Shown: positions 11,433 through 24,129 of the stretch, piece after piece
Layout of the letters: each line of letters starts with the position of its first letter
Position numbering within the stretch: the first letter of the stretch is position 1
DNA from: Octopus bimaculoides
Taxonomy: Eukaryota
Reading direction: 5' to 3'
Length of the DNA stretch: 64,000 nucleotides
Assembly: GCF_001194135.2 (NCBI RefSeq)
Contig: NC_068987.1
Location: 44,250,061-44,314,060, forward strand
Notes under the pieces: model-generated
Seen by the model: the letters and a program-made list of their open reading frames with translations, nothing else
What the model was told of the DNA's origin: nothing
The model's database searches: none
Program-made: the position numbers and the translations under genes

Positions 11433-13110
11433 AGGTCCCCAACTTTTGGCTGAAATACTTCACCAGTATCCATACTCACATGACAGCAGCATTTAACTTG
11501 ATAATAAGCAAGCCAGAACCAACACCAAACTGGATGCCGGAAGGACAAAAAACAGGCACCACACACCCACAAAACTGTGGGCCAACTACATGCCTATCAA
11601 CAACTTATAAAACCCTCACATCAATTATCTATAACTGGCTTGTAACACACCTAGAAAACAACTATGTTTTGCTAGAACAAAAGAGATACCGGAAAGATAT
11701 GTGTGGTTGTAAAAAGCAACTTCTGGTGAATTGAGTCATTATAGGTCTGTAAAAAGTGAAACATAAACCTCAACATGACTTGGATTGATTACCTGAAAAT
11801 TCGACAGTGTCCCACACTCATGGATCCACACAAATAGAGAGGCTCCAATACTACTAAAATTTATCTACCATGCAATGGCAAACTGGTAAACCAGCATACT
11901 AATGAAAATTTCATCACAAATCATTAAAACCTGCCCAATACCCATAAGAACAGGAATTTTCCAAGGAGACACGTTGTTCCCACCCCACCCCCGGCCTTTC
12001 TACCATGCCCTGACCTTGCTAACAAACATGTTAAATGAAACCACCATGGGTTATTGATGCTATGGACAAACTGTAAGTCATCTCCTCTATATGGATGACT
12101 TAAAATCTCACTAAAAATACCATTGAACAGAAATCCCTTTTAAAGAATCATCCATAGCTTCAGTAAGAATATCAGAATGAGCGTGGGATTGGACAAATGT
12201 GCCAAAGTGACATTGAGAATAAGCAAATTAATCAACACTGAAAATGTTGCATTCTACATAGAAACAAAAATCAGAGAATTAGACCACAATCGCTCATACG
12301 TTAGGAGAGAATATTACAGAAGAGTTAGACTAATAATAAACTCTGAACTCGAAGCTAAAAATAAGATAGTAGGAATAAACACGCTAGCCATACCAGTTGT
12401 GAATAGGAGCTTCAACGTAATAAACTGAAAGATTAGTGAATTGATAAACTTAGATAGAAAAACCAGGAAACTGTTAATAGCGTACTGAAGTCATCAACCC
12501 AAAGCAGACGCAGACAGAATATATCTATCCCTCTCTACCTGACACAGATAGAGAACTACTATAAAATAATAAGTTGGACTAGAAAAATCCTTAGAAACAA
12601 AAGTGGATGACTACCACATGTAATAAAGCAGCACGAAAAAAAGAAAACGTTTTCCTCTATACATAGGGAAGCAACAAAATGCAAAACAGAAACAAACTAC
12701 ACTGAAACGTTGATCTCAGATGGCAACATAGTAGAAATGGTCCAAGACACAAAAAAACTACAAAACGTACTAAAGGAGAAACGGAGAGAAAAACCACTTC
12801 ATGGCCAATACCCTACAAAGCTTGACAGCATTGGCTCAAAAATCTCTGGACTAAAAGCAGGAACGGAAGGACTGATTCTCGCTGCACAAGACCAATGCCA
12901 GACCACATACATGTATAAAAGCAAAATAATGAAAACAGACCCGAAACCAAATGCAGAATGTGAAACCAGCACAATGAGACAGTCGGTCATATCATCTCTG
13001 GCTGCCCAGTCCTTGCCAAATCTGAATATATATAGACATGACGAGTAAGTAGTTTTATCCACTGGACAATACGCCAACACTAGAACGTAAAACTAATAAT
13101 AAAAAGTACA
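11433..13110 (+). mobile_element. R4/Dong-type LINE, decayed RT through zinc knuckle
   Basis: Translated motifs NFWLKYF, WIDY..FDSVPH, GIFQGDTL, HLLYMDDLK, GLDKCAK, DRKTRKL, KPLHGQY and LKAGTEGLILAAQDQ, with many frameshifts and stops. Confidence 0.85.
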
Positions 13111-13127
13111 AACATGTATCAAACAAC

Positions 13128-14010
13128 GTAGATGTTCGCGACACTTTTCAAGAAGGCGGGCGACAAATATCATGTCAGAACTACCTGTTTTGGTCAAAAT
13201 TAACATTGCGACTTGGGCATAACCAGGTTGACAACATGAAATAGATGTCGGAGCAGAATAAGTGAGAGGGTCTTGCCGGTATTATCCAGAAAAAATATCC
13301 TCCTACTGTTCCCGCACTATATACAGTCTCCCTTGTGCTTGTAAATAGTGACAATATTGTAGTGTTTTTACCTGTCAGGAATAGTCTTCCCCTACTAACA
13401 GAGAACAAACAAAGAGTGATATGAGATGTGAAGTGAAACCCGCCACACTTGTAAATCTCACCTGAGATCCCATCGTCGCCAGCAGACTTCTTTTGAGAGA
13501 GAAGATGGCCTATTAGACCTCATCAAGTGTTGGGGGAGTTGTCAAGCTCTGTCGGAATAGGAAGATCTGGAATGTTTTTGAGTGTCATGAGGGTTGACTC
13601 GATTCAGAAGTTCTGAAAAATGTTCACACCACCTGTGAAGTATCGTACTTTTCTCTTTCAATAAGGTGCCATTGAATGATCTCACTGGAGCAGTCACCTT
13701 TCCGCATGAGCCGAAGATTCTTGTTTTGTTTTTGTTTTCAAAACGTTGAATTTCTTCCGTCATTCGAAACCACCAATTATTTTGAGCATTTCTGGGGTCA
13801 CATTGTACGGTGGCACGAACATCCTTCCATTTTTGGCACATACCTGCAGAACCGGGTTTGGCTTGAACAGCGTCGTGAAGCTGTATGATCACGGCCGATT
13901 CATCAAACCAGTCGTGGTTGCGACCCGTAGTCGTCATAAGGGCTGGCAGTGTCTTGTGGAGCATTGTGGGATGCGTCCTAGGGGTTGTTGATTTCTGTCC
14001 ATCGAATGAT
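13128..14010 (-). mobile_element. RTE (BovB-like) LINE fragment: EN-RT linker and RT N-terminus
   Basis: Translated motifs HDWFDE, NWWFRMTEEIQ, ILHRWCEHFSELLN, PTLDEV, DGISGEIYKCGG, TIYKHKGD and DMIFVAR.LEKCREH. Confidence 0.8.
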
Positions 14011-14049
14011 CAGATCGTAGCACAGATGATCAAGACATCCTTATGACCC

Positions 14050-14995
14050 CTTTGTTGAACAGGATTTGGATCGAGGATGCATCCAGGAGACTTTGTGGAT
14101 TGTTGGGAGCTGGAAAACTGTGCTGCAATATCAATAGAAGCAGCAAAACATGACAAACAGAAGAAGAAAAATATGACAAACAAAAAGGGCTGCAAAAAAG
14201 CTTATAAGCAAATGGCAAGAGAAACTGCACCATGTTCAGTATCACATGCAAACATGGGAAGCAGAAAGAACACATCAGTGGCTGTGCAGTTCTGGTCTAA
14301 AGGCAGAAACTAAAGGTTTTATAATGGCATCTCAGGATCAATCTCTGCTCACAACAAATTACCAAGCAAACGTTCTCCCCTAATGGTGTTGACCCAAGCT
14401 GTAAATTACGTGATAATAGTATTGAAACTATCGACCACATTGTGGCTGGCTGCTCTAAATTAACAATAACCAGTACAAAGCCAGACATGAGCGAATAGGA
14501 CAGTACCTATATTGGAACATTTGTCCTCGTTATAACATTCCCCTTACTAAAAACTGGTATAAACACTGCCCTAAACCAGTCACAGAAGGTAATAGAATTA
14601 ATATTCTGTGGGACTTTACCATCCATACTGACAGACAGATAAATGCCAGTAGACCTGATATTATTATCAAAGATCATCGACAAAGCGCCTGCTATCTAAT
14701 AGATATTACAGTACTAGCTGATCGAAATATCTCAGTCGAAGAATTCAAAAAGTTAGCTAAATACAAGGACCTAGAGATAGAAATCAACAGAATGTGGAAA
14801 CTGAAAACAATTACTTTACCGGTAGTAGTAGGAGCATTAGGCATGGTTAAAAAAGGGGTCTTCAATCTTTATTGATAAAATACCTGATCTCAACAGCACA
14901 TCTCTTGAGAAAATTCCTATCGTTGTAACATAGTTACTCGCCTTAGGTCTTAGGTAGAGACCCGGCTAGTAACTAAAATGCCCCAAAATCAAGCT
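14050..14995 (+). mobile_element. R4/Dong-type LINE 3' fragment (CCHC-derived knuckle and RLE)
   Basis: Translated motifs GLKAETKGFIMASQDQSL, ETIDHIVAGC, NILWDFTIHTDRQINASRPDIIIKD, KYKDLEIEI and PVVVGALG; followed by (AAC)n(AAT)n at 14997-15110. Confidence 0.9.
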
Positions 14996-15018
14996 AAAAT
15001 ATAACAACAACAACAACG

Positions 15019-15109
<91 letters not shown>

Positions 15110-15111
<2 letters not shown>

Positions 15112-15404
15112 CCCTGATGCAGTACCAGGCAGTGGGCTTTGAATAATTCACTTCTGGAAACATATGTGTTTCGCTCATCATCCTTAAACAAACCTTATTC
15201 AAGGACTTTTTGAAAATTCTAACTGGGCCCCACCTCTAAGGTCATGCGCTGTTTATCTTGATATGAGATCGCCATGTCGCACACATGTGGTTGTGATGCA
15301 TGTGCCTGGTATATCCTTATAAGACGGGTTGTCATGATGGATATACTGGGCTTCGTATATTTTACCTCGGTGTCACATTGATGGCATGCACTGATCTCTC
15401 ACTC

Positions 15405-15405
<1 letters not shown>
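15110..15405 (+). mobile_element. Non-coding dispersed repeat bracketed by (AAT)n arrays (SINE-like, family unassigned)
   Basis: Unique-looking 295 bp ending ...ctctcactc(aat)n. Recalled as an abundant octopus repeat; not verifiable within this window. Confidence 0.45.
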
Positions 15406-15434
<29 letters not shown>

Positions 15435-15437
<3 letters not shown>

Positions 15438-15649
15438 CCTTTCTACCATAGGCACAAGGCCTGAAATTTGAGGGAGGGAATAGTCGATTACATTGACCCC
15501 TGTACACAACTGGTACTTGATATATCGACCCCGAAAAGATGAAAGGCAAAATCGACCTCAGCGGAATTTAAACACAGAACGTAGCGACGGGCGAAATACT
15601 GCTAAGCATTTCATCCAGCGTGCTAACGATTCTGCCAGCTCACCGCCTT
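15435..15649 (-). mobile_element. Full-length SINE family B copy between AAT arrays
   Basis: aatcctttctaccataggcacaagg...tgctaacgattctgccagctcaccgcctt, with (AAT)n on the left and (AAC)(AAT)n on the right. Confidence 0.9.
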
Positions 15650-15738
<89 letters not shown>

Positions 15739-15989
15739 TAATAATAACAATAATAGCCTAGCTAGTGACAAAAACAACAATGATAAATGCACCGTGGCTA
15801 CAGAAGTAAGGACAAAAGCAACGATCTTGGGTTTTCATATGCTGAGCCTGTCCACCGAAGAAGATTTACAAGTGAGCAATGAACTCTCTGAGAACTCATT
15901 CGGCATGATAGAAAGAATAGTTACATCTCTTTCAAATCACATCTAACATCGCAGAGGAAGAACAGATCAGATAGTGTAATTCTGTATGC

Positions 15990-17195
15990 AGCTGTCCATG
16001 TGATAAGCGCAGGGAATTGGTGCTACCAATGCCCTGCATAGGCCAGTGTAACCTCTGCGTCTGTGGAAGGCCTGCGGTAAGTTACACTGGGCGACCTTGG
16101 CATCCCAAAGCTTTGGTCGGCAATCACGTTAGAGCTGGTGTTATATTTGGGGTAACCCTTTACACGAAAATCTCAAATAAACACACCCGGCGAGAAAACC
16201 CTGTAAAAATCATTCTCATTCTTTGCAATGATGACAACAATTTCGAACCCAAATACCGGCATGAACAGGAAGACTCCCTGGATATCCAAGACACCATATC
16301 TCCCGCGTCTGGTATGGGCCCCTCAGAGGGCAATGGAGTGGAAGACCAGACTTCATCCAGTTGCCTACAAAATGGTGCAGTTCCAGAGTGGATGGTAGAG
16401 GGAAAGAGAACATTGATGATGAAAGATCGGTCAAAGGGCAATGAGGTTGGCAATTATCGACCTATTGCTTGTCTTAACCTCTTATGTTGAGTATTAACAG
16501 ACATCTTCGCAGGGAAAATGTATACGTAACTTGCAGAACGCAATCTCCTTCCAGTAGAACAAAAGGGATGTCGAAAATGATCCAAGGGCAACAAGGACCA
16601 CCTTGTGATAGACAAGGTTGTAATGAAGAACTGTAAACGGTACCCCAAAACAACCAGCACTTAACCAAGGTAACAATCAAAACAGGTATCTACCAGGGAG
16701 ACTCTTATTCACCTTTGTTATTTGTTATAACTTTGATCCCGCTTTCTGTAATCCTACACAAAGTCAACGGGCACTATGATCTGAGAAAGAATGGATCTCG
16801 TCTCAAACGCCTCCTCTTTGTGGATGATTTAAAGGTGTTCGCAAAAATAGAGCCTGAAATGGAGAAGCTGGTTGAGACTGTACAGATATGCAGCAAGGAT
16901 ACAGGGATGGAATTCGATATCTTGAAGTGTGCGGTGCTCACTTTGAAACTGGGGAAAAGAGCAGATTGTAAGGGCATAGAATTACCAAACGGAGAAGGAA
17001 TGAAAGACCTGGATGATGATAGGTACAAGTACCTTGGGATCCTGGAGATGGACAATATTTTGCACAGAGAAATGAAAGACAAGGTCATCACTGCATATTT
17101 CAAGCGGCTTAAACTTCTCCTGAAATCAAAACTCAAATCAAGGAACCTTGTGACTGCCATCAGTATATGGGCTGTTGCTGTAGTCTGCTATAGTG
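15990..17195 (+). mobile_element. R4/Dong-type LINE: structured 5' leader and ORF start fused by internal deletion to the RT
   Basis: Translated motifs VPEWMVEGK, GNYRPIACLNL, EQKGCRK, GIYQGDS, LLFVDDLKVF, YKYLGILE and LKSKLKSRNL. Confidence 0.85.
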
Positions 17196-17199
17196 TACA

Positions 17200-19850
17200 T
17201 TTGCAGTGGAAACGCGTGAATATTCTTCGAATTCAAATTTCCTTCAAGAGTCAACGACTGTAGAATTTAAATATTTTGGTAAAGTTATACACTTAACGGA
17301 TTTTCTTTAAAGAGATTTAGAAGGAGTAAAAAGTTTCCAAAGTCATTACACAGTGTCAAATATGGATGTAGCCAAGCTAAGCTGCGGTCAGAAATTGGAG
17401 AATACTTTCCATTAAAATGGCATCCTTTACTGCTTAAGTTGATGTTTTTAAGACAGTTACTGTTCCGCAGATTCTGAGTTGCCATAGTGCAGTATTGGTA
17501 ACTATTAAAGCAATGAACCCCTTAAACCACAACTCAGAAAAATGTCCATAGACTTTGTTCGACTCAAGTAACCCAGATTTTTTAAAATTCACATCCCTTA
17601 GTTAGAGTACAACATATCAGAAAATGTAGCCTCTTTTCCGAACAAATTAAAAACAACGCTTGTGTGGGTATTCATTAAGATAGGCTTTCCTTTCTCAAAT
17701 GGAAGCATGCTGTTGAGCAAAAGGTGCTCTGGCTATTCACCAGATGCCCCAGCTCCATGTCACAGCTGTTTCTGAGTGGAGCAAGGAATATATTTCTCCA
17801 TGTGCTATCGCGGTAGACGAAAATTATATGAAGTTCGTGAAAATAGGCAATCACTGTCTGTTTGGCGTCTGTTTTACATTTACAGTACTGCAACAGATTT
17901 CTCAAAGAAAATGTGAACGTCATGAACAAAGGTGTGGAAATGTGTCAGAAATAATGGCTCTACCTTCGATACATGATCATATCATCATGGACCAAATAAT
18001 GGAAGGTCAAAATATATTTATATCTTGGTATTCAGAACGAGAAAGATAGCTCAAGATGAAACAAAGCACATTTCGGAAACTGAATAACTCTCATCTGTTC
18101 TGCGTTACATTCTTTACAATACTGTCTGTGAAGAATTTATTGATTGTCGAACAGCTTTTGAATTCTGTTTCGCTTCTGCAGTACATATTGTTGGTGCTGA
18201 ATTCTAATGGTCTTGATATTCAGTAATGTATTGTCCAGTGCTATAAGGATGTCTTGATCATGAATACGAAAATCGTTGATGTTTAACCAAAGCTGCATTT
18301 CGTTGTCTTCTTTGTCCACTGTTGTGTAAATCCCATTTCTACGGCCATCGATGATGTCTGATTGTGTAAAAAATCTAAATACTATCTGACAGATTTTTAC
18401 CATATTGCAGCAACTCTATCTGTACATGCCTTGGTCCACTGAGCATCAGTACTTCATGAAGTTACAGAAACAAAAAGCTAGGCGACTAGCGGTAACTAAA
18501 ATGCTTGTCTAATACATGTTGGATTGTCAACATTTATTGTGTTATGCTGTACATTATACGATTCCATTTATTGTGGAGAGTCTATCATGTTTCTGAGAGA
18601 AGACCAAGTCATCTGAGAGACAAAGTGAAGTTAAGTTGTTTCTATCACTTTTGTCTGCAAACTTTTGTGTTCTCGTATTCTTTGAACAATTCCTGCAACA
18701 AATCAATTTTCTAATAAGGATGATGTAATGTTCTTTACTATATACGAATGTAGCAAGTAAACTGACACCCAATTTCGTTGAGGCTCTTAGTGTTGAAGAA
18801 AACAACCTGGAGGACGGGCAGGGTATACGATAAAGCAACAGACCAGACAGCTAGCTGGTTTTCGTAAAGATTAAAACAGCAAAACAAATTGCCCTATTAT
18901 TTGGAAGACTTGGTGGTTAGTGGTAGAAGCCGGCCGACAACTAGTTGATATTCGCTCGTCAACTGTCGCCATAAGATCGTCATTCTTGCTTTGGATCGGA
19001 TTTTCTCAGAGCGAAGTTTTTGTTACTTTAATCTCAAATATAACAAATTTCTCAACGGCGATGGTTTCATATTCATAATACAGATATATCAACTGATCTT
19101 GAAACGACCTGAAAGTAGGGTGCCATTGTACAAAACGTCTCACTGAGCAGAAGTCATTCATTCTAAACTCACCAAGTGAATTGAGTTGTTGCTTCCTAAT
19201 AGTGATGCATTATTTGAACTGTTTAAATGACTTCAAACTGTTGTAACACAACCTGTAAACTGTGTAAAGCTGTGAACACAGTTTTCCTCATCTGCGATGA
19301 TGAAGACTTACCTGTAGAATTTCAAGTGGGCAACAGATTGAACAATTTAGCCAAAATAGCCATAACTAGATGACATGCCGAAAATCTAAGTCTTGAAGGT
19401 GTCGTTTTTCGTTTCACGGTAAAACATAGAAACAAGATAATGAACATCCTGTACTTTGTATTACTGTAACTCATTATATTTTTTGTAATTTTGAAATAAC
19501 ATTTAGAAGTGACTTGAAATTTCATATAAAAAATTTTGTTATTTATTATAGAAAATTTTTACCAGTTTTCATAGTTTTCCTGTTGAACCTTGTACGGGAT
19601 GTGACAAAATGTTGGTGCTGTCAATGTTGTTGATACCCGACGGTTTTGACTAATTTCGGCAGTCTGCAATCCTCTTTCTTTGATATAGATTACCATCTGA
19701 AATCGGCGATCTTTCAGTGTGAATTTCAACCGAGGACCAGTACCAAAAATGTCTGCCGAAGTTCAGTCTAGAAAATGGGTCACTGAGAGTCAAGAGCCAT
19801 TTCCTGCTTGGCCCAAAGTCGCAGATTCAGGTTTTATTTGTTCATAACTC
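17200..19850 (-). mobile_element. Possible heavily decayed hAT (DUF4371/ZMYM1-like) transposase
   Basis: Only weak motif remnants by hand translation (GP...DRRF, WRQ...GNL, F..L.IIF...STWR); no intact frame. Confidence 0.3.
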
Positions 19851-19865
19851 CAAGCGTCTTCTCAA

Positions 19866-19934
<69 letters not shown>

Positions 19935-19941
<7 letters not shown>

Positions 19942-20170
19942 CCTGATGTTTCATGATATCTGTAAAGCATTTTATTGATTGTCCGACAACAGAAAACAAA
20001 CTCATGATGAACTACGTCTTTCCAATCCAAAAGATCAAAATCACTTTCACATTTGAGTGACTCTGCTGTGCTTTCTTTTTCAAGGGAGGGTCACCATGAC
20101 ACTGATCCAATCCACAATGACGATTGCTTATTGTTCCAACATATGTCCTTGATTCATTTTTTGTTCCAGA
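19935..20170 (-). mobile_element. Mariner transposase fragment
   Basis: KAQQSHSNVKVILI followed by DWKDVVHHEFV...TINK resembles mariner K..M.TVFFD..GVVHHEF. Confidence 0.7.
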
Positions 20171-21011
20171 TTTTGAGGTAGCACGATATAACATCAATTT
20201 TCTTTTTTATATCATCAATTTTCATTTTATATCATAAATATTCTTTTTTGCCGGTGAAAAAGTCAAGGATATAGAGTTAACTGCAAAAGAATTATGGAGG
20301 CCATTTACTATTTCCATAATGAAATGGAAGAAATATTTGTTGATGTCGTTGGAATTTTAAGATTAAATTCGAAGCTAATTTTAAATGAGAATGAACTTTT
20401 TGATTTGGTAACATTAATTAAAAGCAAATATAAATCGATCTACAACGCTTCAGTTTTTTACACGATGAACAAATAACAATATGGAATATGGTTTTTTAAA
20501 AATATAGAAACATTAACTGTGCAAATAATTTCAAAATCTTTTCACGAGAGTTTTCAATTCATGGAACTGCAGCACTCAGTAAATGAGTGTTTTGCGTATT
20601 GAATTCTAAATGAAAAAAATGAAAGCAACTAATGTACGGTTGAAATAATATGATGTGAGTTTTTCATATTTTTAAACGTGCTTGAGAATTGTTCAGATTT
20701 CTCAGAAAGAAAGAAAGAATATTACAAAAAATAATGCCCCTTTTTTATGAAGTTTGTAAAAATTAGAAATATAATGTAAAAAAAGTAAAAGTGATTAAAT
20801 GCTGTAAATTTATTGTTATTCAATAAAAAGTATATTAGAAGATGGAAATAAAAATCTCTCTTAAACATATATCTGCAACATCATCCTGAGATGTGATTCT
20901 AAAAATAGAGTGTACAGTTTAAATACTAATCTCAAGTAGCACACTGATGCAATGTTATAATTATCCACGTATACCAAATATTAGCAATTTTGTTCGCTGT
21001 CACGCCAACTA

Positions 21012-21403
21012 TTATTGTTGTTGGCACACCGTCGCTTACGACGTCGAGGGTTCCAGTTGATCCGATCAACGGAACAGCCTGCTCGTGAAATTAACGTGCA
21101 AGTGGCTGAGCACTCCACAGACACGTGTACCCTTAACATAGTTCTCGGGGATATTCAGCGTGACACAGAGTGTGACAAGGCTGGCCCTTTGAAATACAGG
21201 TACAACAGAAACAGGAAGAAAGAGTGAGAGAAAGTTGTGGTGAAAGAGTACAGCAGAGTTCACCACCATCCCCTGCCGAAGCCTCGTGGAGCTTTTAGGT
21301 GTTTTTGCTCAATAAACACTCACAACGCCCGGTCTGGGAATCGAAACCGCGATCCTACGACCGCGAGTCCGCTGCCATAACCACTGGGCCATTGCGCCTC
21401 CAC
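21012..21403 (-). mobile_element. Full-length tRNA-derived SINE family C
   Basis: The minus-strand head ggcgcaatggcccagtggtta...ggtttcgattcccagacc has Pol III A/B boxes. The body closely matches 37612-37892. Confidence 0.85.
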
Positions 21404-22150
21404 CACGCTAACTAGATAGTGTAAAAGTAGAAGGCTTCCAAAGAACAAATAGAAGCAGAAACAGAAGTAAAATGAAAATGAGTGAAGAATGAGGTGTTTA
21501 TTACTTTTCCCAGAATGACAAACAAGAAAAAGAATGAATAAAAGTGAGAGAGAATTGAAATATTAGAGGGTTTGAATAAGAGGTGTTACAAGCTTTATTT
21601 TATTTTAAACTATCAATGTTTTGTAATATTGTAATATTCTTTTAATATAACATCATTTTTAATTAAATCCTATAACTTTTGTTAAAACGTTCACGGTCGT
21701 TTTATTGTCATTTTTGATAGCAGCTAATTATATTGTTGTCGTTAATATAATGTTTATATATTGTTATTTATATATTTCGTTTGTCAGGAGAGTTGTTATG
21801 CCAATAATAAACATACACACTGATTCTATTTCACTTAATTATCATTCCTGAATAGGTTAACAATTTAACCAATTAATAATAAAGAAGTGAATTAGAACCA
21901 GTACGTGTACCTATTATTGGCGTAACTGACTCTCCCGAGATACAACAAAATCTGTTTGATCTCATAAGTTCACATCAAGAATCTTGCAAACCAAATAAAA
22001 AAAATGTTTATATATTGTTGTTTATATTACTTGTTTATATGCATTGTTGCGATTTTCCGATGAATGAAAGAGACAGTGTTTCTAGGATGTTGTTGTAGTG
22101 TTTAGGGACATTGTGTATATATGTCTGTGTGTGTGTGTGCGTGTGTGTGC

Positions 22151-22196
<46 letters not shown>

Positions 22197-22329
22197 GCGT
22201 GTGTGTATGTGTGCGTGTGTGTGTTGCGAGTTAGTGTTTACATGCGTGTTTTTCATGTAGTAACAGGGAGTGCTGGAGTTTAAACGTGTTGTGAGAACAA
22301 ACTGCTAATTAAACGTCAGCAAGTCTTCC

Positions 22330-23070
22330 ATTTTAAATATTTTTTTTCTATATTCTTATTCCCATTATGCATCTTAGATGTGTTAGGAACCTTAGTGAAG
22401 ACTGTATCCAACTCCTCCAAAAACGCCTGACCTCATACCTGTGATGGAAATCCTTATTGATTACGCTGCAAAGTTGAGCCCTTTTTTTCTGGTGAGGAGA
22501 TTATTGGTAAATGTTGTTTTATTCTGTCTTTAAGCGGTGATTTTGAAAGGTGTATAACAATCTCGCCTTTGTATGGATATTCGTGTTCTTTCGTTCTGCA
22601 ATTTAGCTTTTATCCTTTTACGTATGCCCGCATATGCTGGAAGAGAATTCCCTTACGCTAAAATTTCATCCTTCGACCGTCATCCTACCAATCACCATTT
22701 CGTCATGTTTCTTGATATATTATATGCCGTATAAATGTATCTTAAATATGAAGTTTGAATATAACAGGATGGTGTATCAGGAAGTTTTTGCTCCAATTCT
22801 TTGTAAATCGATGGAATGCGTAGCGGCTTTCTAGCTATCTCATGTTCATTATTATTAAATAATTGTGAGATTAATATGGAATTGAGCATCTTAATATGCA
22901 AAATGAATGTTTGATCCCGGTTAGGATTATGATTTTTAATTGATCTTTAGACGGATGACTCAGCAGGAGGAGTTTGTGTTCGTTATCTGGTATGGCTGCG
23001 ATAGCGGCAGTACACCTCTCCACCTTTTCTTTGAGCTTTTGTAGGTGTTTAGTGCAACACAAGCAGTCCT
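22330..23070 (-). mobile_element. Possible PLE ORF N-terminal relic
   Basis: Remnant KKGLNFA resembles the PLE L.KGLNF motif; otherwise decayed. Confidence 0.3.
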
Positions 23071-24129
23071 AGTGCATATTTTTAAGAGTTGTTACCAGCT
23101 GAATGACCTCTCATAACATGCAGCTGGTCATATGATATATGAAATATCATGCACTAACATATGACACAACTAATCCTGACTAGATACCAGAAATAGAGTA
23201 TTTCTGACAGGAAAGACTCATTTCTAATGAGCTGATACTGGTAATTGTTTCGATTTAATCATTTTTAAATATTTTAAAAGGAGTTCCATCGCGTAATTTT
23301 TCTCGTCAGTTAATCAAAAATCCTTATCACGGTCAATTAAAAATTACTTGATTAAAAACCATTAACATTTGTTATTTTGGGACCTTTGTTGTAAAGTTCT
23401 TACAAGATGTACATTTTAATGTCTTGGGAATTACAAATTTTGCAATTTTTTTTTTAACAGAAGGTTGGTACACACGCTAGATGTGTAAAGGGAAATGGAA
23501 ACTTAACAAACTTTCGTAGTTCTTGACTTAATTAACTCCTCTTGTGGCAATAACTACAGTGTTCTTGATCGGGGCACTGTATTGATATTTACTTTCAATT
23601 CTTGCACTTCTTCATCTAATCTGCCTCTATTCCAGATACACGAGCTCATTCTTCTACTGAACTGCTTGAAGATATACTCGAATCTGCAACAGTAAAAGTA
23701 AAATATTTAATCAAACGCGGTTTCTTCCAAATGAATGAGAAATAAAAACAACATCCATACAATTATCATTTACAAAAATATTTACAAAACCATCTAGACA
23801 ATCATCATTTGCTACAAATGTAGTAGAACAAAGCGAACAAAATGTAACATGAGCCAATGATTCTTCAAATGGTGTTGAATGCAGAAAAGTAATTTCATAA
23901 ACTGTTACGTCTTGTATAACTGTATCATATTCTAGCGAAGTAACATTACTTAAACAATATACAACTAAGTTTGTAAGAGCTGAAATTTATGGTAGTGAAA
24001 TGTGAGAAGATTTATTCGTGGCTTGTGGGTGGTTCCCAAAACTTCGAGCCTGAAGTATGCTCGACTGTAATTAATCCAGTTCATTTCAAAGACCAGATGT
24101 TAGCATTTCCAAAGTATGTTTTAGATTCT

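Noticed and set aside
16040-16095. Twister ribozyme interpretation of the R4 leader
   Set aside because: It has a UAA after a stem but lacks the conserved P4 loop and pseudoknot partners.
21330-21403. Functional tRNA genes at SINE heads (also 49540-49606)
   Set aside because: They have A/B boxes but continue into SINE bodies and do not form a full cloverleaf.
23225-23315. Minus-strand CTGACGA...CGAAAC near a putative PLE 5' region
   Set aside because: Stem I does not pair and stem II is poor; at best a decayed relic.
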